Of a stretch of DNA of 64,000 nucleotides, positions 26,785-37,125 are shown piece after piece. Each line of letters begins with the position of its first letter. The stretch's first letter is position 1. Position numbers and translations under genes: made by a program. The stretch is from Vicinamibacteria bacterium (GTDB taxonomy: Bacteria; Acidobacteriota; Vicinamibacteria; Marinacidobacterales; Marinacidobacteraceae), in assembly GCA_964291235.2 (NCBI GenBank), contig OZ219816.1, positions 736,001 through 800,000 of the forward strand. The letters run 5' to 3'. Under the pieces are notes generated by a model, which was not told the DNA's origin, made no database searches, and was given only the letters and a program-made list of their open reading frames with translations.

Positions 26785-28110
26785 ATGCGTGTGCTGCGGC
26801 GGAGGCTGCTCGTTGCCGGGGTCGCCGCCCTGGCGCTGGTTCCGGTTCTCTTCGGGGTCCGATTGCTCGACCGGATGGCGCTCGCCTATACGACGGGGCT
26901 GCGGCGGAGTCCGGACAGTCCGGGGTTCGGCGGCGTCATGCCGCCGTCCGACGGACCGCCGCCGGGCGTTGCCTTCATCGGCTTCTCGCAGCCGGCCGAA
27001 GACGCCGACGGCTTCGTGATGCGGCGGGTCACCGCCGAGGGCCGGGAGGCCGGGCTCCGCAGCGGGGACCGGGTCACGTCCGTGGACGGGGTGACGTACC
27101 GCGATGCGAGGGCGGCGATGGGGGGACTGATCAGTACCCGGCTCGCGGGCGAAACGGTGGACCTCACGGTCGTGCGGAGCGGGGAGGAACTCACCCTGCC
27201 ACTCCGCCTCTCGCGCTACGTGCGGCACCCGGCGGACCTGGGCTTGCCCTACGAGGAGGTATCGCTGGCTTCCGGAAGCGGCCACACGCTTCGCGGGTGG
27301 TGGATCCCTCCCCCCGCGGACAGCGATGGAAGAGCGGTGGTGTGGGTCCACGGCGCCCATTCCTCGCGCTACCAGGCGCTCGACCACGGCGCCGAGTTCC
27401 TGCACGCCCGCGGCTACGGCATCCTGACCATGGATCTCTCCGGCCGGGGCTCGAGTGACGGGGAATACATCACCTACACCTGGAACGAGCGTCACGACGT
27501 GGAGTCCGCGGTCCGCTATCTGCGGGAGCGCCAGGACGCCGATCCGTCCCGGGTGGTCATCTTCGGAACCTCGAACGGCGCCGCCTCCGCGATCTATGCG
27601 GCCGCTGAACTCGGGGATCTCCCGGCGCTCGCCCTCGACGCCCCCTATGCGGATCTCTGGCGGGCCGCGGGCTCCATGCTGGAGATGCGCGGCGGCGTTC
27701 CGGCGCTGCGCGGACCGCTCTCGCTCTTCGTGTGGGCGCGGACCGGTCTCCGGATCCGGGAAGTACGGCCCGTCGAAGTGATTGCCGAGATCCCGGGGCC
27801 GGTGCTCTTCCTGCACGGCGACAACGACCGCCAGGTGCCCCCTGAGCACAGCCTGGAGCTTCACGAAGCCCGACTGGCGGCCGACCTGCCTTCCCGGCGC
27901 TGGATACTCCCGGGTGGGGAGCACGGTTTTGACGACTACCCCCCTCGCGGCATCTTCTGGAACCGGGTCGCCGACTTTTTCGACGACGCGCTGGGTGGTC
28001 GTCCACCGGGCCGGGAACTCGGCGGCCCGACCCCGCACACACTCGACGATCCGACCTGGACCGAGAGTGGCGCTTCCCCGAACGCCGTGAACGGCGGCCG
28101 CCTCCAATGA
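26785..28110 (+). CDS. PDZ domain + alpha/beta hydrolase, membrane anchored
   Basis: TM, AGLRSGDRVTSVDG (PDZ), VHGAH, GTSNG, HGDNDRQVP, GGEH. Confidence 0.85.
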   Translation: MRVLRRRLLVAGVAALALVPVLFGVRLLDRMALAYTTGLRRSPDSPGFGGVMPPSDGPPPGVAFIGFSQPAEDADGFVMRRVTAEGREAGLRSGDRVTSVDGVTYRDARAAMGGLISTRLAGETVDLTVVRSGEELTLPLRLSRYVRHPADLGLPYEEVSLASGSGHTLRGWWIPPPADSDGRAVVWVHGAHSSRYQALDHGAEFLHARGYGILTMDLSGRGSSDGEYITYTWNERHDVESAVRYLRERQDADPSRVVIFGTSNGAASAIYAAAELGDLPALALDAPYADLWRAAGSMLEMRGGVPALRGPLSLFVWARTGLRIREVRPVEVIAEIPGPVLFLHGDNDRQVPPEHSLELHEARLAADLPSRRWILPGGEHGFDDYPPRGIFWNRVADFFDDALGGRPPGRELGGPTPHTLDDPTWTESGASPNAVNGGRLQ

Positions 28111-30530
28111 TCGGCCGGATCCCGGCCCGGCGCCTGGCGGAATTCGCCCTTGTGCTGCTGGCTGGCTGTGGAAGTGCAGACATTCAGGAGTCCGCCGTCA
28201 TTGGGCCGGACTCGGGATACGAGGGACTCGCCTCCCGGCTCGCCGATTTCGTCACCGCGGAAATGGAACAAAAGCGGATACCGGCGTTGGCGGTTGCTCT
28301 TACGGATGGTGACCGGATCGTCTGGGCGCGGGGATTCGGCGAGGCGCAACCGGGTATCCCCGCCGATGCCGACACGCTTTTTCGGGTGGGATCGGTTTCG
28401 AAGCTGTTCACCGACATCGCGGTAGTGGCCCGTGGGCGCAAGGGCGAACTGGACCTCGACGGCGAGGTCGCCGGCATCCTGCCCGGCTTCGCCCCCGCCG
28501 AGGTTCCCGAGGAAGGCGGCATCACTCTCCGCCGGCTTATGGCCCACCGGGCGGGACTCGTTCGCGAGCCTCCGGTCGGCCATTACTTTGACGACACGGA
28601 TCCCTCGCTCGCGGAAACCGTCGAAAGTTTGAACGGCGTTCCCCTCGTCTTCCCGCCCGGAACGCGGCAGAAGTACTCGAACGCCGGAATCGCGGTGGTG
28701 GGCAGGGTCCTCGAGCACCTGGCCGGGATGCCCTTCGCCGAGGCAGCCACCGAGGAGGTGCTGGTTCCGCTCGGATTGGAATCCAGTTCTTTTTCGCTCG
28801 CCGCCGCTCCCGCCGAGCGCGTCGCCGAGGCTTCGATGTGGAGCTACGACGGCCGCGCGTTTCGAGCCCCCGACTTCCCTCTCGGCATGGCGCCGGCCGG
28901 GTCCATGGTGACGTCGGTGCGCGACCTGGGCCGTTTTCTGACTCTCCTGGCCGGCGGCGAGCTGCCCGGGGTGCTCGATGGCGACGGGCTCGCCGAGATG
29001 TGGCGGGTGCAGTTCCCCGAGGACAGCGACGACCCCGACGCTCCCGGCTTCGGGCTCGGTTTCTTCGTGAACACTCTGGAAGCCGACACTGCCTCGGGCG
29101 AGCCCTCTTCCTACCGGGTTGTGCGGCACGGTGGAGCGATCTACGGCTACTCCACCGAGCTGGCGTTCTTGCCGGCGGTCGGCCTGGGGGCGGTAGCGGT
29201 CAGCAACGTGGATTTCACGAATGCAGTCGTGGCCCGTATCGCCGAGTTCGCGCTCCGGGGAGCGCTCGCGCTGGATTCGGGAACGGAGGTTTCCTTCCCG
29301 CGGTCCGGGCCGCTTCCCGAGGGGTTGTCGAGAAGACTGCACGGCCTCTATGAAACCGACGCCGGGGTCCGTCTCCGGGTTCTCGACCGCACTGGGCGCG
29401 CCGAAATGGAAGCCGGGAGCGCCACGCTGGAACTTCGCGCCAGTGGGACTCCGGACACCCTCATCGCCGATTCGCGGCTCGCTTACGGTCCCGAGGTCGC
29501 GATCGTCGAAGAGGAGGCCGGCGAGATTCGGGCGCTCGGGATCGGGGAGCGGGTGTTCCGGCGGGTCCCCGACCCCCGTCCGCCCCCTCCGGCCGAGGCG
29601 TTCTTGCCGCTGATCGGGGAGTACGGCTGGGATCACAACATCCTTTTCGTCTTCGAGCGCGACGGTGCGCTCACCGTGCTGATCGAATGGCTCGAGCGCT
29701 ACCCGTTGACCGCCGATGCCGACGATCCGGATCTCTTCCACTTCCCGGACTCGGGGCTCTATCCGGGGGAGTCGCTCCGTTTCCTCCGGGATGCCGAGGG
29801 TGACGTCACCGGAGCGGATCTCTCCGGGATCGTGTTCGCCCGGCGCCCCGGCCCGTCGGCGGGAACCTTCCGCATCGAACCGCTGCTTCCGGCCGCGGAG
29901 CTTCGCCGCCGGGCCGGCGAGGCATCGCCGCCCGTAGAGGAGGGCGATTTCCGCGCGTCGGACCTGGTGCGCCTCACGGATCTGGATTCCAGCATTCGCC
30001 TGGACGTTCGCTACGCCGGAGAGAACAACTTCATGGGCACCGCCTTCTACGAGGTGGCGGATGCCTTCTTGCAGCGTCCGGCCGCCGCGGCGCTCGCCCG
30101 GGCGCATGCCGCGCTGGCCGAACACGGCTATGGGGTGGTGGTCCATGACGGTTACCGTCCGTGGCGCGTGACCAAGATGTTTTTCGACGCCACCCCCGAG
30201 CACCAGCGGATCTTCGTGGCCGATCCCGCCTCCGGATCGCGGCATAACCGCGGGGCGGCCGTGGACATCGGTCTTTACGACCTGACGACCGGCGACGTTC
30301 AGGTCTTCGTATCGGGCTACGACGAATTCTCGGAACGGGCCTTTCCCCGCTACGCCGGCGGAACCTCGGAGCAGCGCTGGCTTCGCGAGTTGCTCCGCCA
30401 GGTCATGGAGGGCGAGGGCTTCGCCGTTTACGAGCACGAGTGGTGGCACTTCGACTACGGGGACTGGCAGCGCTACGGCATCCAGAACGTCCCCCTCCAC
30501 CGCATCGGAGAGGCGGTCCCCGCCCCGTGA
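28107..30530 (+). CDS. Lipoprotein: serine beta-lactamase-like hydrolase fused to VanX/DdpX D-Ala-D-Ala dipeptidase
   Basis: LAGC lipobox; SVSK, YSN, HGG; C-terminal DGYRP, SRHNRGAAVD, EWWHF. Confidence 0.9.
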   Translation: MIGRIPARRLAEFALVLLAGCGSADIQESAVIGPDSGYEGLASRLADFVTAEMEQKRIPALAVALTDGDRIVWARGFGEAQPGIPADADTLFRVGSVSKLFTDIAVVARGRKGELDLDGEVAGILPGFAPAEVPEEGGITLRRLMAHRAGLVREPPVGHYFDDTDPSLAETVESLNGVPLVFPPGTRQKYSNAGIAVVGRVLEHLAGMPFAEAATEEVLVPLGLESSSFSLAAAPAERVAEASMWSYDGRAFRAPDFPLGMAPAGSMVTSVRDLGRFLTLLAGGELPGVLDGDGLAEMWRVQFPEDSDDPDAPGFGLGFFVNTLEADTASGEPSSYRVVRHGGAIYGYSTELAFLPAVGLGAVAVSNVDFTNAVVARIAEFALRGALALDSGTEVSFPRSGPLPEGLSRRLHGLYETDAGVRLRVLDRTGRAEMEAGSATLELRASGTPDTLIADSRLAYGPEVAIVEEEAGEIRALGIGERVFRRVPDPRPPPPAEAFLPLIGEYGWDHNILFVFERDGALTVLIEWLERYPLTADADDPDLFHFPDSGLYPGESLRFLRDAEGDVTGADLSGIVFARRPGPSAGTFRIEPLLPAAELRRRAGEASPPVEEGDFRASDLVRLTDLDSSIRLDVRYAGENNFMGTAFYEVADAFLQRPAAAALARAHAALAEHGYGVVVHDGYRPWRVTKMFFDATPEHQRIFVADPASGSRHNRGAAVDIGLYDLTTGDVQVFVSGYDEFSERAFPRYAGGTSEQRWLRELLRQVMEGEGFAVYEHEWWHFDYGDWQRYGIQNVPLHRIGEAVPAP

Positions 30531-31252
30531 TTCTCGAGCTGCTTTCGCGCGAAGGCCGGGAGGCGGCCCGGATTCGGCGCGCCGCGAAAACGCTGACCGA
30601 ACGCTACGCCCAGCCGGAGCCCCGGATGGACGCCGCCGAACGGTTGCTGGGGATCGGAACGCCCGAGGCGATCTACCAGCTCGCCCGGCGTTTCACCATT
30701 ACTTCCGGAAATCTGCAACAGGACGATCAGGAAAAGCGCTGGGTCCGCGATCTGCTGGTGGAACTGGGGGAGGGGGCGGTGGCCCCGCTGAAACGGTACG
30801 TGGCGGGCCACGACGAGATCACCTGGGCGATGGACAGCCTCTTGAAGCTCCTCCCGGCCGGTGACTTGGCGGATTTCCTCTTCGAAGTCCTCCAGGACGG
30901 CGACCCGGTAGCGATCCGGGGGTCGAAGGCGACCCAGATTGTCGATTTCCTGGCCGCGCTCGACACGGAAGGGAACGCGGCGGGGGTGGCACGCTGTCTC
31001 AAGAGCAGCGACGACACCGTCCGCATCGCGGCGGTGGCGGCGCTCCGCACCTATGCGGATCCCGGGACCCGCGAAGCGCTCCTCGAGGCTTTTGTTTCCG
31101 GGGAAGAGGACTCCGTAAGGGTCCGGATTGCGATCGCGGAACTCTTCGCCGATCTGGAGTGGGAAATCCGCGGCCATCGCCCCGGAGTCGAGCGGGTGCT
31201 TCCCGACGGTTTCCGGGTCAGTTCCCGTGGCCGGATCCTCCGCGCCGGTTAG
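30527..31252 (+). CDS. HEAT-repeat protein
   Basis: GTGA overlap with upstream gene; helical repeats such as DDTVRIAAVAAL. Confidence 0.7.
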   Translation: MILELLSREGREAARIRRAAKTLTERYAQPEPRMDAAERLLGIGTPEAIYQLARRFTITSGNLQQDDQEKRWVRDLLVELGEGAVAPLKRYVAGHDEITWAMDSLLKLLPAGDLADFLFEVLQDGDPVAIRGSKATQIVDFLAALDTEGNAAGVARCLKSSDDTVRIAAVAALRTYADPGTREALLEAFVSGEEDSVRVRIAIAELFADLEWEIRGHRPGVERVLPDGFRVSSRGRILRAG

Positions 31253-31291
31253 GGATCGGGTGATCCGGCGCCGGCCGAACCGGAGGCGCTG

Positions 31292-32728
31292 ATGGTCTCG
31301 TTTTCCACCGTCCTGGTGGTTCTCGGGTACCTCGCCGGGATCACCGCATTCGGCATCTGGGTGGGCCGGCGGGACCGCACGGTCACGGGGTTTTTCCTTG
31401 CCGGCCGTTCGGCTCCCTTTTGGGCGGTGGGGGCGTGCGTGGTGGCGACCGAAACCAGCGTCCTCACGTTCACCTCGATTCCGGGGTTCGCCTACGAGGG
31501 GAACTTCGGGTTCCTGCAACTCGCGGCCGGTTTCCTGCTGGGCCGGGTGGGGATCGCCCTGGTGCTCCTGCCGGCGTATTTCCGCGGTGAGGTGGTGACC
31601 ACCTACGAGCTCCTGCTGAAGCGCTTCGGAACCCGGGTTCGGAGTGCGGCGGCGGCGATCTTCCTGGTGTACCGGAACCTGGCCGACGGGGTCCGGCTCC
31701 ACGCGGCGGCGCTCATGGTGGCCATCGTCGCCGGAGTCCCCGAATGGTGGTGCATCGTGGCGCTCGCCGCCGCCATGGTGGTGTTCTCGGAGGAGGGTGG
31801 GGTCAAGGCCACCATCTGGACCGACGTGGTTCAGCTCGGGGTGTACCTCATCGGCGCCGGGGTCATCGTGGCGGCGCTCTGGCACGGAAGCGGTCCCGAG
31901 CCGCTCGCCTGGATTCCGGCCGCCCGGGAAGCCGGGAAATTCGCGGTGGCGGTTCCCGTCTTCGATCTGACCATCCCCTATACGGTGTGGGCTGGCGTGA
32001 TTGGCGGATTCTTCCTGACCTTCGCGACGCACGGTGCGGATCAGTACCTGGCGCAGCGCCTGCTTGCCGCTCGCTCGCTCCGCCATGCGCAGGCGGGCCT
32101 GGTGCTCTCCGGGTTCGGAGCCCTGCTCCAGTTCGGACTGTTCCTCGGCATCGGAGCCTGGCTGTGGCACTACTACGGCGGCCGGGAGTTCGCCCGGCCG
32201 GACGAGGTACTGCCGACTTTCGTTGCGGAAAACCTGTCGGGGGCGGCCGCCGGAATCACTCTCGCGGCGGTGGTGGCGGCCGCGCTCTCGCCTTCGCTCG
32301 TCAGCCTGGCCTCCACCACGGTGCGGGATTTCTGGCTCCCCTGGAAGCGGCGTCAGGAAACCGCTGGAGAGCGGGCGGGGGACGACTCCGCACAGGTTCG
32401 GGTGGGCCGCCAGTTCGTGGTGGTGTGGGGCATCGTGCAGACGGCGGTGGCGCTGGCTGCCCAGCGGGCCCCCTCGGCCCTTGAGGCCGGGCTCTCCATC
32501 CTTTCCTACGCCTCGGGTCCCACCGTGGGCGCTTTCCTGCTGGCGGTTTTCGCGCGGCGAACCCCGAGCGGCGCGGTGCTGATCGGGATGGCCGGCGGCT
32601 TTGCGGCGCCGGCGGCGATCCGGCTGGCCGGATTCCCCCTCGCCTGGACCTGGGACGTTATGGTGGGCTCGCTTGCCACCTTCGCGGTGGGTTTGCTACT
32701 CAGCCGCTCCGGCAGGCGTGAGCCGTGA
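31292..32728 (+). CDS. Sodium:solute symporter
   Basis: FFLAGR, VATETS, GGVKATIWTDVVQ, DQYLAQR. Confidence 0.9.
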   Translation: MVSFSTVLVVLGYLAGITAFGIWVGRRDRTVTGFFLAGRSAPFWAVGACVVATETSVLTFTSIPGFAYEGNFGFLQLAAGFLLGRVGIALVLLPAYFRGEVVTTYELLLKRFGTRVRSAAAAIFLVYRNLADGVRLHAAALMVAIVAGVPEWWCIVALAAAMVVFSEEGGVKATIWTDVVQLGVYLIGAGVIVAALWHGSGPEPLAWIPAAREAGKFAVAVPVFDLTIPYTVWAGVIGGFFLTFATHGADQYLAQRLLAARSLRHAQAGLVLSGFGALLQFGLFLGIGAWLWHYYGGREFARPDEVLPTFVAENLSGAAAGITLAAVVAAALSPSLVSLASTTVRDFWLPWKRRQETAGERAGDDSAQVRVGRQFVVVWGIVQTAVALAAQRAPSALEAGLSILSYASGPTVGAFLLAVFARRTPSGAVLIGMAGGFAAPAAIRLAGFPLAWTWDVMVGSLATFAVGLLLSRSGRREP

Positions 32729-34269
32729 CCAACTACCGGATGATTCTCGCCGCCTTTCGCTCCTGGCGGACGCTGTCGGTCACGCTGCTCTCGTTCTCCT
32801 CGGGGATTCCGCTCGGCCTCGTCTGGTTCGCGATTCCCGACTGGATGCGCGACATCGGGGTGGACATCCGCATCGTTGGACTTTTCAACCTGGCGCAGAT
32901 CCCGTGGGCGTTCAAGATCCTCTGGTCTCCCTTCATGGACCGCTACGTGCCGGGCTTCTGGGGCCGGCGACGCGGCTGGATGGCGGTCACCCAGGTGGCG
33001 CTCCTGGGCCTGTGCCTCCTGCTTGGCGGCGTCGGAGATCACCCGGACGCCATCTGGGTTGTCGCAGCGTTGGCGCTGGCGGTGGCGATTGCGTCGGCTT
33101 CCCAGGACATCGTGGTTGATGCCTACGCGGTGGAGGTGCTCCGTCCCGAAGAGCACGGAGTCGCGGTGGGCGCCCGGGTGGCGCTTTACCGGGCGGCCAT
33201 GGTGGTCGCCGGGGGCGGGGCGATCAGCGCCGCGGCCCTTTTCGGCTGGGGGGTGGTGAACGCGGTGCTGGGCCTGCTCTTCCTGCCGCTGCTGCTCGTG
33301 ACCTGGCGCGCCCCCGAACCGGAGGAACGCGTCGATCCGCCCGGGACCCTGCGGGACGCGGTCTGGAAGCCGTTCCTCGAGGCGCTCTCCCGGCCCCGGG
33401 CCTTCGAGATTTTCGCTTTCGTTTTCTTCTACAAGTTCGCCGACAACCTCGCCCAGTCCCTCACCCGGCCGTTCCTGATAGACATGGGCTACGGCGCCGG
33501 CCACCGAGGGATCGCGCTCGCCACCGTGGGAGCGGTGGCGACCATCGTCGGGACCTTCGCCGGCGGGCTGTTCACCACCATCGCCGGGCTCGGGCCCGCG
33601 CTGTGGGCCTTCGGCGCGCTCCAGATCTTCTCCAACCTCGGTTACTTCTTCGTTGCCGGCGCCGACGGGAGCCTCGCCTGGATGTACGGAGCTTCCGCGT
33701 TCGAGCTGTTGACCGGCGGGCTCGGCACCGGGGCGTTTTCCGTGCTGTTGCTGCGGATCACCGAGAAGCGTTTTTCGGCGACGCAGTACGCTCTGTTCTC
33801 CGGGCTCTTTGCGCTGCCTCGCCTCCTCGCCGGCCCCTTTAGCGGGTTCGCGGTGGACGCGCTGGGCTGGCGGACCTTCTTCTTGTCCACCATGGCGATG
33901 GGGATTCCGGGGCTCATCCTGCTGCACCGGTTTTCCCCGCTCGGGGTCCGCGATCCGCGGATCGGTCTCGGCCGCGGCGAAGAACCCGATGCGCCTCGTC
34001 TTTCGTCCAGCCTTGCCGGGCGTTTCGGCCTCTCGGCGCTGCTCGGCGGCGGCGCGGTCTTCGGATTCGCCGTCGTGCTGGGCGCTCTCAAGGCCATGCG
34101 GGTCGATCCCGGGTCCGGCTTCTCGCTGGCCGCGGGGCTCGCTCCAATCCTGAACCCGGTTTCCTTCGCCGACTGGGTTCAGGTCGGGGGGATTGTGGTG
34201 CTGGGCCTGATCGCGGGACTGTTCGGAACCGCCTTCGCGGCCGCCCGGAGAACCCGCTCAGCGGGCTAG
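32725..34269 (+). CDS. ampG: AmpG-like muropeptide MFS permease
   Basis: FSSGIP, KILWSPFMD, GRRRGW, SASQDIVVDAY, SATQYALF. Confidence 0.85.
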   Translation: MTNYRMILAAFRSWRTLSVTLLSFSSGIPLGLVWFAIPDWMRDIGVDIRIVGLFNLAQIPWAFKILWSPFMDRYVPGFWGRRRGWMAVTQVALLGLCLLLGGVGDHPDAIWVVAALALAVAIASASQDIVVDAYAVEVLRPEEHGVAVGARVALYRAAMVVAGGGAISAAALFGWGVVNAVLGLLFLPLLLVTWRAPEPEERVDPPGTLRDAVWKPFLEALSRPRAFEIFAFVFFYKFADNLAQSLTRPFLIDMGYGAGHRGIALATVGAVATIVGTFAGGLFTTIAGLGPALWAFGALQIFSNLGYFFVAGADGSLAWMYGASAFELLTGGLGTGAFSVLLLRITEKRFSATQYALFSGLFALPRLLAGPFSGFAVDALGWRTFFLSTMAMGIPGLILLHRFSPLGVRDPRIGLGRGEEPDAPRLSSSLAGRFGLSALLGGGAVFGFAVVLGALKAMRVDPGSGFSLAAGLAPILNPVSFADWVQVGGIVVLGLIAGLFGTAFAAARRTRSAG

Positions 34270-34280
34270 ATTCCCGGTGG

Positions 34281-36464
34281 ATGCACCGGGTTCGCTTTGG
34301 GATTGTTGTCCTTGTTGCCCTCGGTTGGGCTCTGCCCGCATCGGCCTTCAGGGCGAGGGTCGTGCTCGGGAGCGGAGAGCCGGCAGCGGGAGCGATCGTC
34401 CAGGTTCTCGGACACTCCGGCTCAGCGGTCACCGACGCCGATGGCCGGTTCGAATGGCTTCCGGACCCGGCACCTCCTTTCCACGTGCTCGTGGTGCTTC
34501 CCGGAGACCGCTACACCTCGCCGGTCCTCATCGAGTCGTTCGACGCGCACGATCTGGAGATCCAGGTCGAAGCGCTCGCTCTCCAGGAGAGCGTCACCAT
34601 CACGAGCGGCGTCGTGCCGCACACCGAGGCGACGCCGGGCAGCGCTCCCGCCGTCATTTCCGGCGAGGCGATTCGGGTCCGGCAGGCTCCGCGGCTCACC
34701 GACGTTCTGGAGGCCGTCCCGGGAGCTGGCCGCAGTAGTGATCTGCACGCGGGCGTCCCTTCGATCCGCGGCCTTTCACGGGGGCGCACAGTGCTCCTGC
34801 TCGACGGGGCCCGGGTCTCCTCGGAGCGCCGCGCCGGCGCCAGTGCGACGTTCCTGGATCCTTTCTTTCTGGACGCCGTTGAAGTGGTCCGGGGGCCCTC
34901 CTCGGTGTCCTACGGGTCGGACGCCTTCGGGGGAGTCATCCACGCCCGGACCCGCCGGCCCGTTCCCGACGCACCGTTCAGCGCGCGCGCCCGCGGCACG
35001 TTGGGAAGGGGACTCCCGGAGGCGAGCTTCGGCGCGGAGGTCAGCGGTTCCGCTCTCGGGACCGGATTCCTGGCCCAGGTGCGGCGGCGCGTGTTCTCCG
35101 ACTACGAGAGTCCCGAAGGCCGGGTTGCCGGTTCTGGAGCCGAGGACTACGGGATGCTCCTGCGCGGCGTGCGCGAAGTCGGCGGGGGCCTTCTCGGGTT
35201 GGGCCTCCAGCTGGACGCCGGACGCGATGTTGGACGGCCACGGCGGACGGAGGCCTTTACTTCGTATCCGCTCGAGGACTCGGCGCGACTGGTGGCCGAC
35301 TACCAGTTGTTGCCTCGCTGGGGGTTCGCGCGGCTGGATGCCACGGGTTTCCTCGGCGCGCACCGGCTGCTGACCCGGCGGGAACTGGGACCGGAGGCCA
35401 CCGACTCGGAAGTCGCCGCGCACGACTTCATGCTACGGGGCCGCGGAGTTCGTCCCCTGGGGCAGGGGCGACTCGAACTGGGAGCGGAGTTCCTCAGCCG
35501 CTTCGGGCTGTATTCGGAAACCCGCGGAGGGGTGGACAGTCCGTTCCTGAATGAGACGGCGCTCCGTTCCGGCCTGGATGGCGCCCTGCGCCGGGAAGCG
35601 TCGGTGTACGGCCACGCCGAAACTTCCCTGGCGCGTCGCCTCGGCGGGAGCGCCGGAGCCCGCCTTTCCGCGGTGGCAACGCGCTCGGGCGCCGTCGCGG
35701 GCGGTCCCGGCCATGCCACGAACCACGCTGCGCTCAGCGGGTTCCTCGCACTCCGCGCCGACCTCTGGCGCGGGTTCGCCCTCACCGGACAACTCTCCCG
35801 TGGGTTTCGCGATCCGACGTTGTCCGACCGCTATTACGCGGGCCTGAGCGGTCGTGGAATCGTGCACGGGAATGCCGATCTCCGTCCCGAGCGCTCGCTC
35901 CAATCGGACGTATCCCTTCGCTATGACGGGGACGGTCTGCACGGCGGCTTCTATGCCTACCGCTACCGGATCTCCGACCTCGTTGAGCGGTTTGAAGAAG
36001 GCGCCGACCTCTATTTCTTCCGCAATCGCGGCGAGGCTCTGCTCTCCGGTGTCGAGTTCGAACTCCAGTTCGGAAATCCCGCGGACCGCTTCCTGCTGGA
36101 CCTTTCGGGCGGGGTCACCCGGGGCGAGACGCCGGATGGGATGGCCCTTGACGGTGTGCCGCCAGCCAGCTTCCGCGCGGGATTGCGGCGGCGCCTGCGC
36201 CCGCGCAGTTTCGCCGAGGTCGTCCTGCTGGCATTCGCCACGGATAGCGACCCCGGGCCCACGGAGGCGGCGATGGATGCCTATGCCCGTCTCGATGCGG
36301 CTCTGGGTTTCCCGTTGAGCGGCGGTGCGGAACTCCGCTTGTCCGGCCGGAACCTCCTGAACGCTGCGTATCCGATCAGCGCCGACGCGCGCTCGGTCCT
36401 GGCGCCGGGCCGCAGCCTGGTCGGAACGATCGTCTGGACCCTGGGCGCTTCGTCCGGGCCCTAG
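34281..36464 (+). CDS. TonB-dependent receptor
   Basis: Signal peptide, TDADGRF domain, plug SIRGL...LLDG, VEVVRGPSSVSYG, LRPERS, NLLN.Y, PGRS. Confidence 0.9.
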   Translation: MHRVRFGIVVLVALGWALPASAFRARVVLGSGEPAAGAIVQVLGHSGSAVTDADGRFEWLPDPAPPFHVLVVLPGDRYTSPVLIESFDAHDLEIQVEALALQESVTITSGVVPHTEATPGSAPAVISGEAIRVRQAPRLTDVLEAVPGAGRSSDLHAGVPSIRGLSRGRTVLLLDGARVSSERRAGASATFLDPFFLDAVEVVRGPSSVSYGSDAFGGVIHARTRRPVPDAPFSARARGTLGRGLPEASFGAEVSGSALGTGFLAQVRRRVFSDYESPEGRVAGSGAEDYGMLLRGVREVGGGLLGLGLQLDAGRDVGRPRRTEAFTSYPLEDSARLVADYQLLPRWGFARLDATGFLGAHRLLTRRELGPEATDSEVAAHDFMLRGRGVRPLGQGRLELGAEFLSRFGLYSETRGGVDSPFLNETALRSGLDGALRREASVYGHAETSLARRLGGSAGARLSAVATRSGAVAGGPGHATNHAALSGFLALRADLWRGFALTGQLSRGFRDPTLSDRYYAGLSGRGIVHGNADLRPERSLQSDVSLRYDGDGLHGGFYAYRYRISDLVERFEEGADLYFFRNRGEALLSGVEFELQFGNPADRFLLDLSGGVTRGETPDGMALDGVPPASFRAGLRRRLRPRSFAEVVLLAFATDSDPGPTEAAMDAYARLDAALGFPLSGGAELRLSGRNLLNAAYPISADARSVLAPGRSLVGTIVWTLGASSGP

Positions 36465-37125
36465 CAGCCTCCGGACAAAGGCACCCGGCATGCCCGAGCC
36501 AAGAGGGAAGGGGGCCGGGCAAACCCGTCCCCCGTCCCTCTCGCTCCGGGGTCCGTGCGCGGTTGTCGCCCCGCTCCGGAAAGAAACAGCGGTTCATCCG
36601 GTCTGAACCGGCCCCCCGCCGGGAGGCCGGGCCCCACCGGGAGAACCGGGCCGGCCCCCAGGCCGGCATAGCGGTCCGCAGCTCCGCCGGCAGCGACGCC
36701 GTTCGTCGGCATCGCTTCGGTCTCGGTCGGTGCGCCACCGGGCGCGATGGCGCCCCAAGCAGCGTGTTCACGCGTCGGGAACCCATCAGGACACGCAGAC
36801 GTATGCGTAACTATCACGATCGTGACGATAGGTGTGTGCCCGCTGTTGCCAATATATCGACAACCATCGGTGACTGCGGTATTCGCAAACCGGTCGAGTC
36901 CACTGACATTCGTATGTGACCTGTCGCAATGACACCTGTTACAGGGCAGAGATCATGGACATTTGGAGGTTTGGGAGCGACTGAACCGGACTATTGCTGT
37001 GAGACAATTCAGTTACGTCCTACACAACCAAACAACCTTTTGTCTCGCACGTCGGATGTTGTTGTTCTGTGCGATATGTGACATGTGAAATAGACACGCG
37101 GTGACGTTGCGATGAGAACAGAACG

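Noticed and set aside
26520-26790. tRNA or tmRNA target next to the integrase
   Set aside because: No T-loop (GTTCGA) cloverleaf or CCA end recognisable at either island boundary.
28107-30530. Vancomycin or beta-lactam resistance locus
   Set aside because: No vanH, vanA or vanRS; the context fits cell-wall recycling.
34281-36464. btuB assignment for the TonB receptor
   Set aside because: It lies 4.6 kb from the cob genes, has no riboswitch and directly follows ampG; the substrate cannot be determined.
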